Assembly: GCA_964534045.1 (NCBI GenBank)
Contig: CAZHNO010000001.1
Location: 1,786 to 65,785, forward strand
From: an uncultured archaeon
GTDB lineage: Archaea; Iainarchaeota; Iainarchaeia; Iainarchaeales; JAAZKV01
Length of the DNA: 64,000 bases
Direction: 5' to 3'
This document shows positions 20,575 to 29,208 of the stretch, piece by piece. The translations under genes were made by a program, and so were the position numbers. Position 1 is the stretch's first letter. Each line of letters starts with the position of its first letter. The notes under the pieces were generated by a model that had not been told where the DNA came from, made no database searches, and was given only the letters and a program-made list of their open reading frames with translations.

Positions 20575-21646
20575 TTTTTTTAATTCACTAAATTATGCAA
20601 TTGAAAAAACAGATAGTGGCACTTTTTGGCCAGGGGGCGGTGGACAAATAGGTTCACCATTTGTTGCAATTGATGCTCTTGCCTTACACAATCAATTGCT
20701 TGAATTAAAAAAAAATAAAAGTGCTTCTGAATTAACAAACTTTTTTTATAATCCTTCTGTGATTCGCTATGTTGTTGTTGGAAATTTTATAATTGGACTA
20801 AAAGTTTTAATCCGTGATAAAAAGATTTCTCTTGAGTCTGCAAAAGAATCTCTTGAATTTTTTTTAGATATACTTGATTCAAAAATGGATTCAGACCCTT
20901 TTTGTGTTACTGGAAAAAATAATTGGTTTAGCCAAAAAAAAGTTAATATATTAGTTCAAAATTTAACTTTTAATAGTGCAGATGAAAAAGAACAGACACT
21001 CATTTCAAGAATGGTTATAGCTCTAAATTCTCTTGTTTGGTCTTTTTATTATGATATTTATGTTGAAGCAGGTTTTGAATTCCATGGACCTTATAATATT
21101 GAATTTAATGGAAAAAAATATTCTCTTTTAATAAGAGATTATCATGACTTAAAACCAATTGACCTTTGGGAGAATGCTAAAAAAATTAGTAATCAGTCAG
21201 TTAAATTGTATTTACTTTACTCTAGAGTTGACATAAAGCTAGATTATTTTATGCATGAATTATCAGATGAACCATTGCGAAAGAACCTCGCATTTTATGC
21301 AATTGAATTAACTGATTCTGAAGGCAAAAAAAGTTTTGTTCAAGTTAATGATTGTATAGAAATTATTGAAGAAGTAGAAAAAACTACATTTGAACAAGTT
21401 AATTTTGTAAACAAGCTTGATACTATAGAAAAAATAAAAAAAGGAGCAATGATTTGTTTTTATCAACTCAAAAGTTTTCGTGAAAAAATTGGTATTGATT
21501 GGAAACCATCAAAAGAAGTTTTTGAAGCAATTGATACAAAAGGTTTAGAAAAATGGGAAAAATTTAAAGCAAGAGCAAATGCCATTAGCACTGGAACTGC
21601 AAATATTGATTGGAGTGCAAAATACGATTTAAACAAGCCCTTGTAA
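20567..21646 (+). CDS. Hypothetical protein (translationally coupled to PEP-utiliser domain gene)
   Basis: The ATG overlaps the upstream stop (atgaATGA). About 360 aa with no recognisable motif. Confidence 0.35.
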   Translation: MNDFFNSLNYAIEKTDSGTFWPGGGGQIGSPFVAIDALALHNQLLELKKNKSASELTNFFYNPSVIRYVVVGNFIIGLKVLIRDKKISLESAKESLEFFLDILDSKMDSDPFCVTGKNNWFSQKKVNILVQNLTFNSADEKEQTLISRMVIALNSLVWSFYYDIYVEAGFEFHGPYNIEFNGKKYSLLIRDYHDLKPIDLWENAKKISNQSVKLYLLYSRVDIKLDYFMHELSDEPLRKNLAFYAIELTDSEGKKSFVQVNDCIEIIEEVEKTTFEQVNFVNKLDTIEKIKKGAMICFYQLKSFREKIGIDWKPSKEVFEAIDTKGLEKWEKFKARANAISTGTANIDWSAKYDLNKPL

Positions 21647-22654
21647 TTATAAAACAACACTACTTGTTTCACACTTTCTCGCCATTTCAATAATTTTTTT
21701 AGTATCCATATCAATTGTATTTTTATATGATTTTGAGAGTTTGTTTCCATTTCTATCTTTTACAACTGGAGTTATTAGAGTTAGTGGTTCTTCAAAATCT
21801 GGTTCAAACTCTTTAAGTAGCAAAGAATTAACATTCACACTTCCCCCATTATAATGATCTCCCCCTCGAATACACAAATCTATTTTAAGCAATAAAAGTC
21901 TTGGAATCAACAAAGGCTTGTGATAAATCCAATAATCAAATTCTGTTATATTTTTTTCAAATGTTTTTCCACATTTTTTACACTCAAATAGTGTTGTTGA
22001 TTTATTGATTTTTGTTTTACCATTTGATTCTTTGCAAGCTGGACAAATTGCACCAGCATAGTGTGCCAGTTCAGGAATTATTTTTTCACCAGTTGCTTTT
22101 TTTATAATTTCAGCAATCTTTTGAGGTTGCTGAATAGCTATTTTTAAATATTTTTGAAAAACTTTTTCACCAAGCAATGATGAATTTCTCACAAACTCAA
22201 TTTTTATTTTAGGAAACTCTTTTTCAAACGCATTTTTCATTTCTTTTCTTATCAACTCTTCATAGTGATCAATTATCTTTTCATGACATTTACCACTATC
22301 TAGCAGATTTCCAATATTTGTTTTTTCACAAATTATATTTGACCCATAGGTTGGTTCTTCAGTATCAAGATAGTCCGCAATCTTTTTGTAATAATAATTT
22401 TTACCATCAAATTCAAGATAGGATAATTCATTTGGCTCAAAATCATTTAGTGATATAAAAATAGTAAACTCTGGTTCTGTCCCATTCTTTTTTAGTTGTT
22501 CTGCAAGTAAATAGGGATAAGCAATTAATGCCATTTTATTCCCTGCGTGAAAACCAAATGGCCTTATTCCAATATGAATTTTTTCTTTGCCAGTTAGTTT
22601 CTTTGAAATTTCTTTTAAGCCATCCAAATACAAGTATGTTTTTTGTTTCATCAA
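21647..22654 (-). CDS. Class-I lysyl-tRNA-synthetase-like catalytic domain protein (truncated, no anticodon-binding domain)
   Basis: GIRPFGFHAGN matches the LysRS-I HIGH-region (G.TPSG..H.GN). KLSKSYKN matches the KMSKS-type motif. Also present: DLCIRGGDH (D.EP.GKDH-like) and a zinc-ribbon insertion CPACK...CKKCG. Only 335 aa against about 520 aa for LysRS-I. Confidence 0.6.
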   Translation of the reverse strand: MMKQKTYLYLDGLKEISKKLTGKEKIHIGIRPFGFHAGNKMALIAYPYLLAEQLKKNGTEPEFTIFISLNDFEPNELSYLEFDGKNYYYKKIADYLDTEEPTYGSNIICEKTNIGNLLDSGKCHEKIIDHYEELIRKEMKNAFEKEFPKIKIEFVRNSSLLGEKVFQKYLKIAIQQPQKIAEIIKKATGEKIIPELAHYAGAICPACKESNGKTKINKSTTLFECKKCGKTFEKNITEFDYWIYHKPLLIPRLLLLKIDLCIRGGDHYNGGSVNVNSLLLKEFEPDFEEPLTLITPVVKDRNGNKLSKSYKNTIDMDTKKIIEMARKCETSSVVL

Positions 22655-23679
22655 TAATCAACTCTTGATAAAAATTTATTTGCTTGACAATTTATTGGAT
22701 CACAGGAATCACAAATTCCAGGTTTTCCAGCATTTTTCATTTTTTCTTTTCTATTTTTGCTTTCCCAAATGTGCTTCACCGAGTGTGTAAAAATATTCCC
22801 AAGTAAAAATTTATCCCCTTTATAGGGCGTGTTAGCGCATGGATAAACTGCACCTGTTGCATCAAGAAATAAAGTATATTTGGACACAGTACAATCTATA
22901 TTCTTATAAAAATTTTTTGTATAATTGCCTGCTAAAGTATTTTCCATGTCAGCTGGTTCACCAAAAACAAATGGATTTTCATGTCTCAATTTTGTGTTGG
23001 TTTTTGAAGCCATTTTCTTGATCATTGGAACAATCCTATCATTATAATCCTTAACCTGTGTTTCATTAAGAAATAAATTTTTATTTCCCCTAATTGGAAT
23101 TAAATTTAATTCATCAAACAATTTACCACCATATTCATCCATCAACTCATGAATGTGCTCATAATTCAAATTATTTACAACATAGTTTACGATAACCTTC
23201 TGATTTGGGGACTTTTTTTTAAGAAATTCTAAATTACCAATTATCTTTTCAAAACTTTTTATCCCCCTTATTCTATTATGAGTTTCTGCCCTAGAAGAAT
23301 CAATTGACACATGTATTTGCTTTGGTGAATACATCAGCACCCTATTTATTATTTCTCTTGACAAGGTAAATCCATTTGTTATAAACGAAAAATCCATCCC
23401 CAAATCTTTTGTCAACATCATTGTCTCAAAAAAATATGGATAGATTGTTGGTTCTCCACCAGTCAACCTTATTTCTTTTGTACCCAACTCTTTTGCATCA
23501 ATAACTGCATTTTTTATTTTTTCAAAAGTTAGACCAGAATCAGTTTTTTTCCAAAAATCACACATAATGCATCTTGAATTGCACCTATAGGATGGCCTAA
23601 TTATGAAAAGTAATGGTTTTGTTACGCCAGCTTTATCTAGTGATAACACTTCATTTTGCAGTAAATCATCCACTACCAA
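22651..23679 (-). CDS. Radical SAM enzyme with C-terminal SPASM-like Cys cluster
   Basis: CNSRCIMC (CxxxCxxC) near the N-terminus and GGEPT glycine-rich motif. The C-terminus carries CANTPYKGD...GICDSCDPINC, typical of SPASM/twitch auxiliary clusters. Confidence 0.75.
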   Translation of the reverse strand: MVVDDLLQNEVLSLDKAGVTKPLLFIIRPSYRCNSRCIMCDFWKKTDSGLTFEKIKNAVIDAKELGTKEIRLTGGEPTIYPYFFETMMLTKDLGMDFSFITNGFTLSREIINRVLMYSPKQIHVSIDSSRAETHNRIRGIKSFEKIIGNLEFLKKKSPNQKVIVNYVVNNLNYEHIHELMDEYGGKLFDELNLIPIRGNKNLFLNETQVKDYNDRIVPMIKKMASKTNTKLRHENPFVFGEPADMENTLAGNYTKNFYKNIDCTVSKYTLFLDATGAVYPCANTPYKGDKFLLGNIFTHSVKHIWESKNRKEKMKNAGKPGICDSCDPINCQANKFLSRVDY

Positions 23680-24628
23680 ACACCTCTTGAATTAATTTAT
23701 AATATTTCCCAGCATACTTATTTTCTTTAAACTTTTTTGGCAGAATCGAAAAGTAAAAACTTTTTGATTCTTTACATGCCTTTGAAAAGGCAAGGTTTAG
23801 AATATTTTTTGGTGTAATGAAAACCTTTTCTTTGGCAACAGAAGAGTACATTCGTTTTTTTCCAAATAAGTTTGGAGTTGGCAAATAGGCCAAGTGGAAC
23901 AGCCTTTTGTTTTTTGATATACGCCTTGCAGTTTGTACTGCCTTTACTTGCTGAATATTTTCTACCACTAGAATGGTTGGATTTTTTATCTGGGTTAGCT
24001 CTTCCAAAAAATCAGGGAGATAGGTTACCAAAAATCGCTTATGAAGATTTACTTTTGTTTTATCCAATTTTAAAAAGGCTTCTTTCGCCCGATGGTCATT
24101 ATTTCCAATATAATATAATGTATCAAGTTCTTGTTGAGTAACTTTTTTTTCTATATTTTTTACATATTTTTCAATAAGCATATTTACTCTCTTTTCTGAT
24201 GTGTCAATAATCTGTATTTCTTCATAGTCAAGCGATTTGCTGATATCAGAAATAATTTTTTCAAATACTTTTTTTGTTTCAGACCAACTTTTTCCACTTC
24301 TCAATTCTTCTTCTTTTATACTTAGATAAATAAATGCTGGAACCTTAATTTCTTTTGCAAGCAAAATAAGATTTGTTAAATCATTAATACTTTCTATTGT
24401 AATAGAATCAAAATTATCCGTTATACATGGCCCACCAATTACTATTGTATTTTTGCTAAATTTTTTTGGAATTCCTTTTGTCACTCCTATGAATTGCCTT
24501 TGTTTCAATGTTTCCAAATCTAGCTCAGTTTTTTTTATTGAATCAAGCCCATATCGCTCATTAATTTTAGCACTTCCTTCCCAATACCACTCTCTCAAGA
24601 AGAAATCTAAACTATTAATTCTGTACAT
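23666..24628 (-). CDS. Hypothetical protein (operon member)
   Basis: 320 aa, overlaps both neighbours, no motif recognised. Confidence 0.35.
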   Translation of the reverse strand: MYRINSLDFFLREWYWEGSAKINERYGLDSIKKTELDLETLKQRQFIGVTKGIPKKFSKNTIVIGGPCITDNFDSITIESINDLTNLILLAKEIKVPAFIYLSIKEEELRSGKSWSETKKVFEKIISDISKSLDYEEIQIIDTSEKRVNMLIEKYVKNIEKKVTQQELDTLYYIGNNDHRAKEAFLKLDKTKVNLHKRFLVTYLPDFLEELTQIKNPTILVVENIQQVKAVQTARRISKNKRLFHLAYLPTPNLFGKKRMYSSVAKEKVFITPKNILNLAFSKACKESKSFYFSILPKKFKENKYAGKYYKLIQEVFGSG

Positions 24629-25056
24629 ATTTCCCCTTCCAAAATTTTTGGTATTTCTGTTTCATCCCTAAACCTAATTATTTTTGAATCAGTAACTGAT
24701 GAAAGCCCATTAACCAGTGGAGAATATTCAGTTTCTTCATGAAGCAATAAAATTATTCTTTTGTTTAAAGCAGATGCCCACCCTAATTCTACTTGCACGC
24801 CTCCAGAAGGCGGATTTCCAACAATGGCTAAAAATAAATCACAATCTTGTATTTCTTTGAAATCTTCTTTTGTGCACACCAATGGGTGCATCAATTCTTT
24901 TCCAAATTTTTCTCTTTTATGCGCATTTCTTACAACATGTCCTTTTTGTTCAAGTTGTTCAATTAGGTTAATAATAAAATTAACTTTGTGAGTATGAACT
25001 ATACTTGTATTTTTATTAATGTCCTGAGTAAATGGCGCACCCAAAAATATTTGCAT
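24607..25056 (-). CDS. Nucleoside 2-deoxyribosyltransferase-like protein
   Basis: 149 aa; DLFLAIVGNPPSGGVQVELGWASA resembles the NDT-family catalytic-Glu segment (D.GT.FE.G-type). Confidence 0.45.
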   Translation of the reverse strand: MQIFLGAPFTQDINKNTSIVHTHKVNFIINLIEQLEQKGHVVRNAHKREKFGKELMHPLVCTKEDFKEIQDCDLFLAIVGNPPSGGVQVELGWASALNKRIILLLHEETEYSPLVNGLSSVTDSKIIRFRDETEIPKILEGEICTELIV

Positions 25057-25057
25057 T

Positions 25058-26203
25058 TTAAACTCCTCCTAAAAGTTTATTTATTTCTTTTACTATTGCT
25101 GGCAGTCCATTTCCACCAAGTTTGTTAAAATATTTTTTTTGTTTTCTAGTAATTTTTTCTAGTTCTGCAGAATCTTTTTGAACAGAATCTAAAATATAAT
25201 TAGCGAGTTTATCCCAGCTTTTTCTATCACCATCAAATCTATTAACACATGCAAGTACTTTTTTTATTCCAGAAAGCTCATCTTCATTTTCATCAATTTG
25301 CACATCATAATAATCACTCCAGTTTAGTGAATTCTGGGCAAGACCTTGGTTATTAAATCCCCTAAGATTCCAAAATTGACTATAGTTTTGTGGTGGCAAA
25401 AAAAACACTGGAGTTCCAACGTTAAATGCTTCAAAACTTGTTGTCAACCCAGGTGAAGAAATTAACATTTTTGCTGATGCCAATTCTGCTATAAATTCAT
25501 CATGCCCTAAAAAGTCATAAGTTATTTTAGTGGATTTGTTTTTCCTCTGAAGCTCATCCATTACTTTTCCATTTCCAAGACAAAGAATTTTATCAAAATC
25601 TAATTTGCCTTCAATCTCGTCTAAGATTTTTGCTATGGCAAAAGGATAATTTGAGTTTTCTCCGATTTTTACTGATGCTGATTCCATTCCACCAAAATTT
25701 ATTATTAATTTATTTGATTTCTTTACTTTTGGATAATCTTTTACTATTGGGCCAACCAATCGTGGGTTCTTTATTTTATCAAAATAATTAGCCAACTGTT
25801 TTTCCACACCTTCAAAATTTTGTATAAAATAAATTTCAGAATTAAGTATTTCATCAGGAATTGTTTCCCACATCCAAAATAGACTATCTATTTGAATTTG
25901 TGGTTTTCCAATCCCATGCACAAACTTTGCAGATACTGGGTTCATTACATTTACAAAAATATCTGAGGTTTTTATGCGCATTTCCTGTTCTTTCAGAGAA
26001 TCTATGCTTTCCGTATTACATTGTATAAGTGAATCAATACGACTTTTGTTTGCAAGTTGTTGGCTAGTGCCCGAAACCATCATTGAGACACGATTGTCTT
26101 TACCAAGTTGCTCAGAAACAGTAAGCATTTTTGATACGGGCCCAAAACAAAAAGGAACTGCATCACATAGGATTGTGTGCATTTCACATGAAGACATAAA
26201 CAT
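25058..26203 (-). CDS. GT-B-fold glycosyltransferase-like protein (tentative)
   Basis: 381 aa. The C-terminal half has a G-rich nucleotide-sugar-binding-like segment (SSPGLTTSFEAFNVGTPVFFLP) as in MGT/GT28-type enzymes. Confidence 0.4.
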   Translation of the reverse strand: MFMSSCEMHTILCDAVPFCFGPVSKMLTVSEQLGKDNRVSMMVSGTSQQLANKSRIDSLIQCNTESIDSLKEQEMRIKTSDIFVNVMNPVSAKFVHGIGKPQIQIDSLFWMWETIPDEILNSEIYFIQNFEGVEKQLANYFDKIKNPRLVGPIVKDYPKVKKSNKLIINFGGMESASVKIGENSNYPFAIAKILDEIEGKLDFDKILCLGNGKVMDELQRKNKSTKITYDFLGHDEFIAELASAKMLISSPGLTTSFEAFNVGTPVFFLPPQNYSQFWNLRGFNNQGLAQNSLNWSDYYDVQIDENEDELSGIKKVLACVNRFDGDRKSWDKLANYILDSVQKDSAELEKITRKQKKYFNKLGGNGLPAIVKEINKLLGGV

Positions 26204-26278
26204 TTATAAGCCCTATAATATATATTGTTTGTTATTATGCTTTGAACAAAGGCATATGATTATTTAATATGTGATTAA

Positions 26279-27547
26279 ATGGATATTAATAAGTATTTTG
26301 TGCCCCTGAGTAGCCATCGCCTTTGGTGGGAAAAAACCTTCCTATCAAAAATTCAGCCAAATCGAAGAATTAATGTTTATTATTCCCCAAATGCATCCGG
26401 ATTACACTACTTTTTTATTTCACAATTATGGTTTTTATCAAAACTCTCAGCTCTTGGCGATGTACACTACTACATAATTTTAAATGATCAGGTTTTTAAT
26501 AGCCCAAAAAATATACTTACAAAGGACGAAGCAAAAAAAGAAAGATTAAATGAAACTACTGCTGCTTTGAGTTTTTTTGGAGTAAACCCAGAAAAAATTC
26601 ATTGTTACTTTTATTCAGATTGTGTAAATAAATTGTTTTCTAAAAATCCCAGAACCCCATTTATTTTCTCAAAAAGCCTTAGACTTATTTCACCAAAAAT
26701 ACTTAATCTTCCAAAAATTAATATTGAATATGAATATTTAGGAGATGAACATAGTTACCCGTTATCTTACTACTTACCAAAAGTAATGGACTTACTTATT
26801 ACACAAGATTTTCATAACTTTTTTCCAGAAGATATTGATGGAAAAATTGACGTTTTCGTTTCAAGTTGGTTTGGAATGTCCTTAATATCAAAGCTTCATC
26901 CATTATTTGTAGAAAAGGGAATTGTTACCGATTTAAAACCAATTGTTGTTTCAACTAAAAAAGTGCCTTTTTTTGGACACAATAAAAGTTACTATCCAAG
27001 ACATATCGCACCAAGCATCAACATGAGTGTTGAAGATATTTATGAAGCCATAATTATTTACAATGTTAAGGAAGCACATATGGAAAGCTTACTTAAAGAC
27101 ATTTTAATACCAAACCTTGACAACGAGTTTTTCTTACCAAGCTCACCGGGAGAAGTAATAAAATCATCAAAAATAACTGACTTTAAAAAATTAAAATTTG
27201 AAAAAAAAGCATTATCCTTAGCTTACTCTTTCAATGAATTTTTTAAAAAAATAAATTCCTCCATTAAAGAATCTCCTAAAAAAAATTATTTGCTTATTGA
27301 AAACAATTCTGATTTGGAAGATATTAGCATATTATTCAAGTCTCCACTAGCTCTTCTTGTTCTAAACGAATGTGATGGAAAAACTATTTCAGAAATTTCT
27401 AAAAAGCTTGATAAACATCAACCAAATATAAGTAAAATAATTTCTAGTTTGAAACGTGCTGGGCTTGTTGAAAGTAATAATAAGGGCCATTTATTTGTAC
27501 AAGTTAACACAATAAAAGTAAATTTATCAAATATACTAAAAAAGTAG
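26279..27547 (+). CDS. Degenerate TyrRS/TrpRS-like Rossmann domain fused to C-terminal winged-helix DNA-binding domain
   Basis: N-terminal VYYSPNASGLHYFF...KLSALGDVHYYIILNDQ aligns with this contig's TyrRS (AYDGFEPSGQMHIAQG...KMIDAGFTFKMWVADW). The HIGH motif glycine is lost. The C-terminal LVLNECDGKTISEISKKLDKHQPNISKIISSLKRAGLV is ArsR/MarR-like. Confidence 0.4.
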   Translation: MDINKYFVPLSSHRLWWEKTFLSKIQPNRRINVYYSPNASGLHYFFISQLWFLSKLSALGDVHYYIILNDQVFNSPKNILTKDEAKKERLNETTAALSFFGVNPEKIHCYFYSDCVNKLFSKNPRTPFIFSKSLRLISPKILNLPKINIEYEYLGDEHSYPLSYYLPKVMDLLITQDFHNFFPEDIDGKIDVFVSSWFGMSLISKLHPLFVEKGIVTDLKPIVVSTKKVPFFGHNKSYYPRHIAPSINMSVEDIYEAIIIYNVKEAHMESLLKDILIPNLDNEFFLPSSPGEVIKSSKITDFKKLKFEKKALSLAYSFNEFFKKINSSIKESPKKNYLLIENNSDLEDISILFKSPLALLVLNECDGKTISEISKKLDKHQPNISKIISSLKRAGLVESNNKGHLFVQVNTIKVNLSNILKK

Positions 27548-27551
27548 TTTT

Positions 27552-28043
27552 CTACAATTTTTTTATTTCTAAATACTTTGCAATCTTTGATCTTAAAAAA
27601 GGGGTTAATGATTTGGCTACTGCAAGCTGTTCATCCCTTGGAAGTCTTTCAAATGCCTTTATCATATTTGCTTGCGCTGTTTGTGGATTAAAAATTCTTT
27701 TTTTTAATTCAGAAGTATTAACTGCTGGGCGAATAACATCTTTCTTTTGAGGAATAAATTGAGCCCCTTGCTTTTTTCTTTCTGCTTTTTCTAGTTTTGC
27801 ATGCTCTCTTCTTTGAGCATCCAGCTCATGAAGTTCAACCATAGTTAATTTGCCTGACATTAACCCTTGAATCATTGAAGATATTTTTGTTACTTCATGA
27901 CTAGCATTTGCTTCCTGTGCAACCCTTAATCTTTTAGAAAGATGTTGATAAACAGGATGTTCCCAATATTTTTTTGGATCAAACCTTGGAATTCCATTAG
28001 GCACTTCTTTCATTTTTGGCTTTTGCTCTCTTTTTTTAGGCAT
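27552..28043 (-). CDS. Basic hypothetical protein
   Basis: 163 aa, Lys/Arg-rich (MPKKREQKPK...). Visibly more G+C-rich codon usage than its neighbours. Confidence 0.35.
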   Translation of the reverse strand: MPKKREQKPKMKEVPNGIPRFDPKKYWEHPVYQHLSKRLRVAQEANASHEVTKISSMIQGLMSGKLTMVELHELDAQRREHAKLEKAERKKQGAQFIPQKKDVIRPAVNTSELKKRIFNPQTAQANMIKAFERLPRDEQLAVAKSLTPFLRSKIAKYLEIKKL

Positions 28044-28247
28044 GAAATAATATTCCCATTATAACAATAAAAGGTTTTCTATTACTTTTAACCATCCATA
28101 CTTTGTTTAACACCGGCACGCCCCTCTAAAAAAGTTTAAATTCTACTTTTCAATATATTTTGTTGACTAGAAAAAGACACAAAATTTTGATTATAAAAAG
28201 GTTTAAAAGGTTGAAAGAGGAATAAGTTATTATTGAATCCCCGGGGT

Positions 28248-28277
28248 TGTTTCGACAAACCCGGGCTTACTTTATTT
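28248..28277. other. GC-rich hairpin with UUCG-type tetraloop in AT-rich intergenic region
   Basis: CCGGGGTTGT-TTCG-ACAAACCCGG: 9 of 10 stem pairs with one G/A mismatch. Lies between divergent gene starts. Confidence 0.3.
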
Positions 28278-28382
28278 TCAATAAAATCAAAAAAAGTTCC
28301 ACCTAATTAATTATCAAAGGCATCAAACCCAAGATAACTTTTTAAATACCGGGTGGTTAATATTCATTAAAGGTTGATTTAA

Positions 28383-28547
28383 ATGGCTAAAGTAATAAGA
28401 GCAACTCCTACTTTGAGAGGGGAAGAAGCAAATCTTTTCATTAAAGATATTCTAAAAAATGACAATGCAAGATTATCAAGACACCAAAAAAAGCTGTTTA
28501 GTTTTATTGAAAAAGCCCCTTTTTCTCTAGACGATTTCTCTCTTTAA
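28383..28547 (+). CDS. Small ORF (54 aa) downstream of a TTTTTAAATA box
   Basis: The ATG lies about 30 nt after TTTTTAAATA. Not in the ORF track because it is shorter than 60 aa. Its 3' end overlaps the convergent GNAT gene. Confidence 0.2.
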   Translation: MAKVIRATPTLRGEEANLFIKDILKNDNARLSRHQKKLFSFIEKAPFSLDDFSL

Positions 28548-29115
28548 ACTCATTAATATACGGCTGGACATCCAAATACATTGAAATGTAAGATGCATTA
28601 GCTTTTCTTTCTTTTAAAACTTTAAACCCTAATTTTTTATAAAAATGAATTGGCTTTTCAGATTCTTTCAAATTGCTTTCATTCTTTGCTTCTACCGTCA
28701 ATATTCTACAACCGGCTTTTCTGTTAATAAAAAACACTTGTTTTATTGCATTGCCAATAATCATTGTGCCCAATCTTTTCCTGACAACTCTTTCATCCAC
28801 AGCCATTCTTGCAATTTTTAGTGCAGGAATTGCCTTGTAAGGTATTCCATCTTCTTTGAATTTCTGCTTATCACTACCCCCTAAATGAATGGAATCAGTG
28901 CAAAGAGTAACATAACCAAGAATTTGCTTTTCATTTTTTGAAAACCATAAACTTGTTTTTCCCACTGATTTATTTTGTTGTGTTAAAGCATCCTCTTTTA
29001 GAAAATCATTCAAATCTTTTATCCCACATTTAAAATCTTCAATAAACTTTGAAGTAACTTCAGTAAGAGGCAAAATTTCAATATCTTCAACAGGATAAAT
29101 TTCTTTCATTAACAT
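28504..29115 (-). CDS. GNAT-family N-acetyltransferase
   Basis: IARMAVDERVVRKRLGTMIIGNAI acetyl-CoA-binding (R/Q-x-x-G-x-G/A) region; 203 aa. Confidence 0.55.
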   Translation of the reverse strand: MLMKEIYPVEDIEILPLTEVTSKFIEDFKCGIKDLNDFLKEDALTQQNKSVGKTSLWFSKNEKQILGYVTLCTDSIHLGGSDKQKFKEDGIPYKAIPALKIARMAVDERVVRKRLGTMIIGNAIKQVFFINRKAGCRILTVEAKNESNLKESEKPIHFYKKLGFKVLKERKANASYISMYLDVQPYINEFKERNRLEKKGLFQ

Positions 29116-29208
29116 AACTAAATTATTAAAATCGAGTTTTTAAAACTTAATAGAGCATCATGCCACTCAAAATTATTTAATTTCAGTTGGTGACAATTTG
29201 TAACCAAC

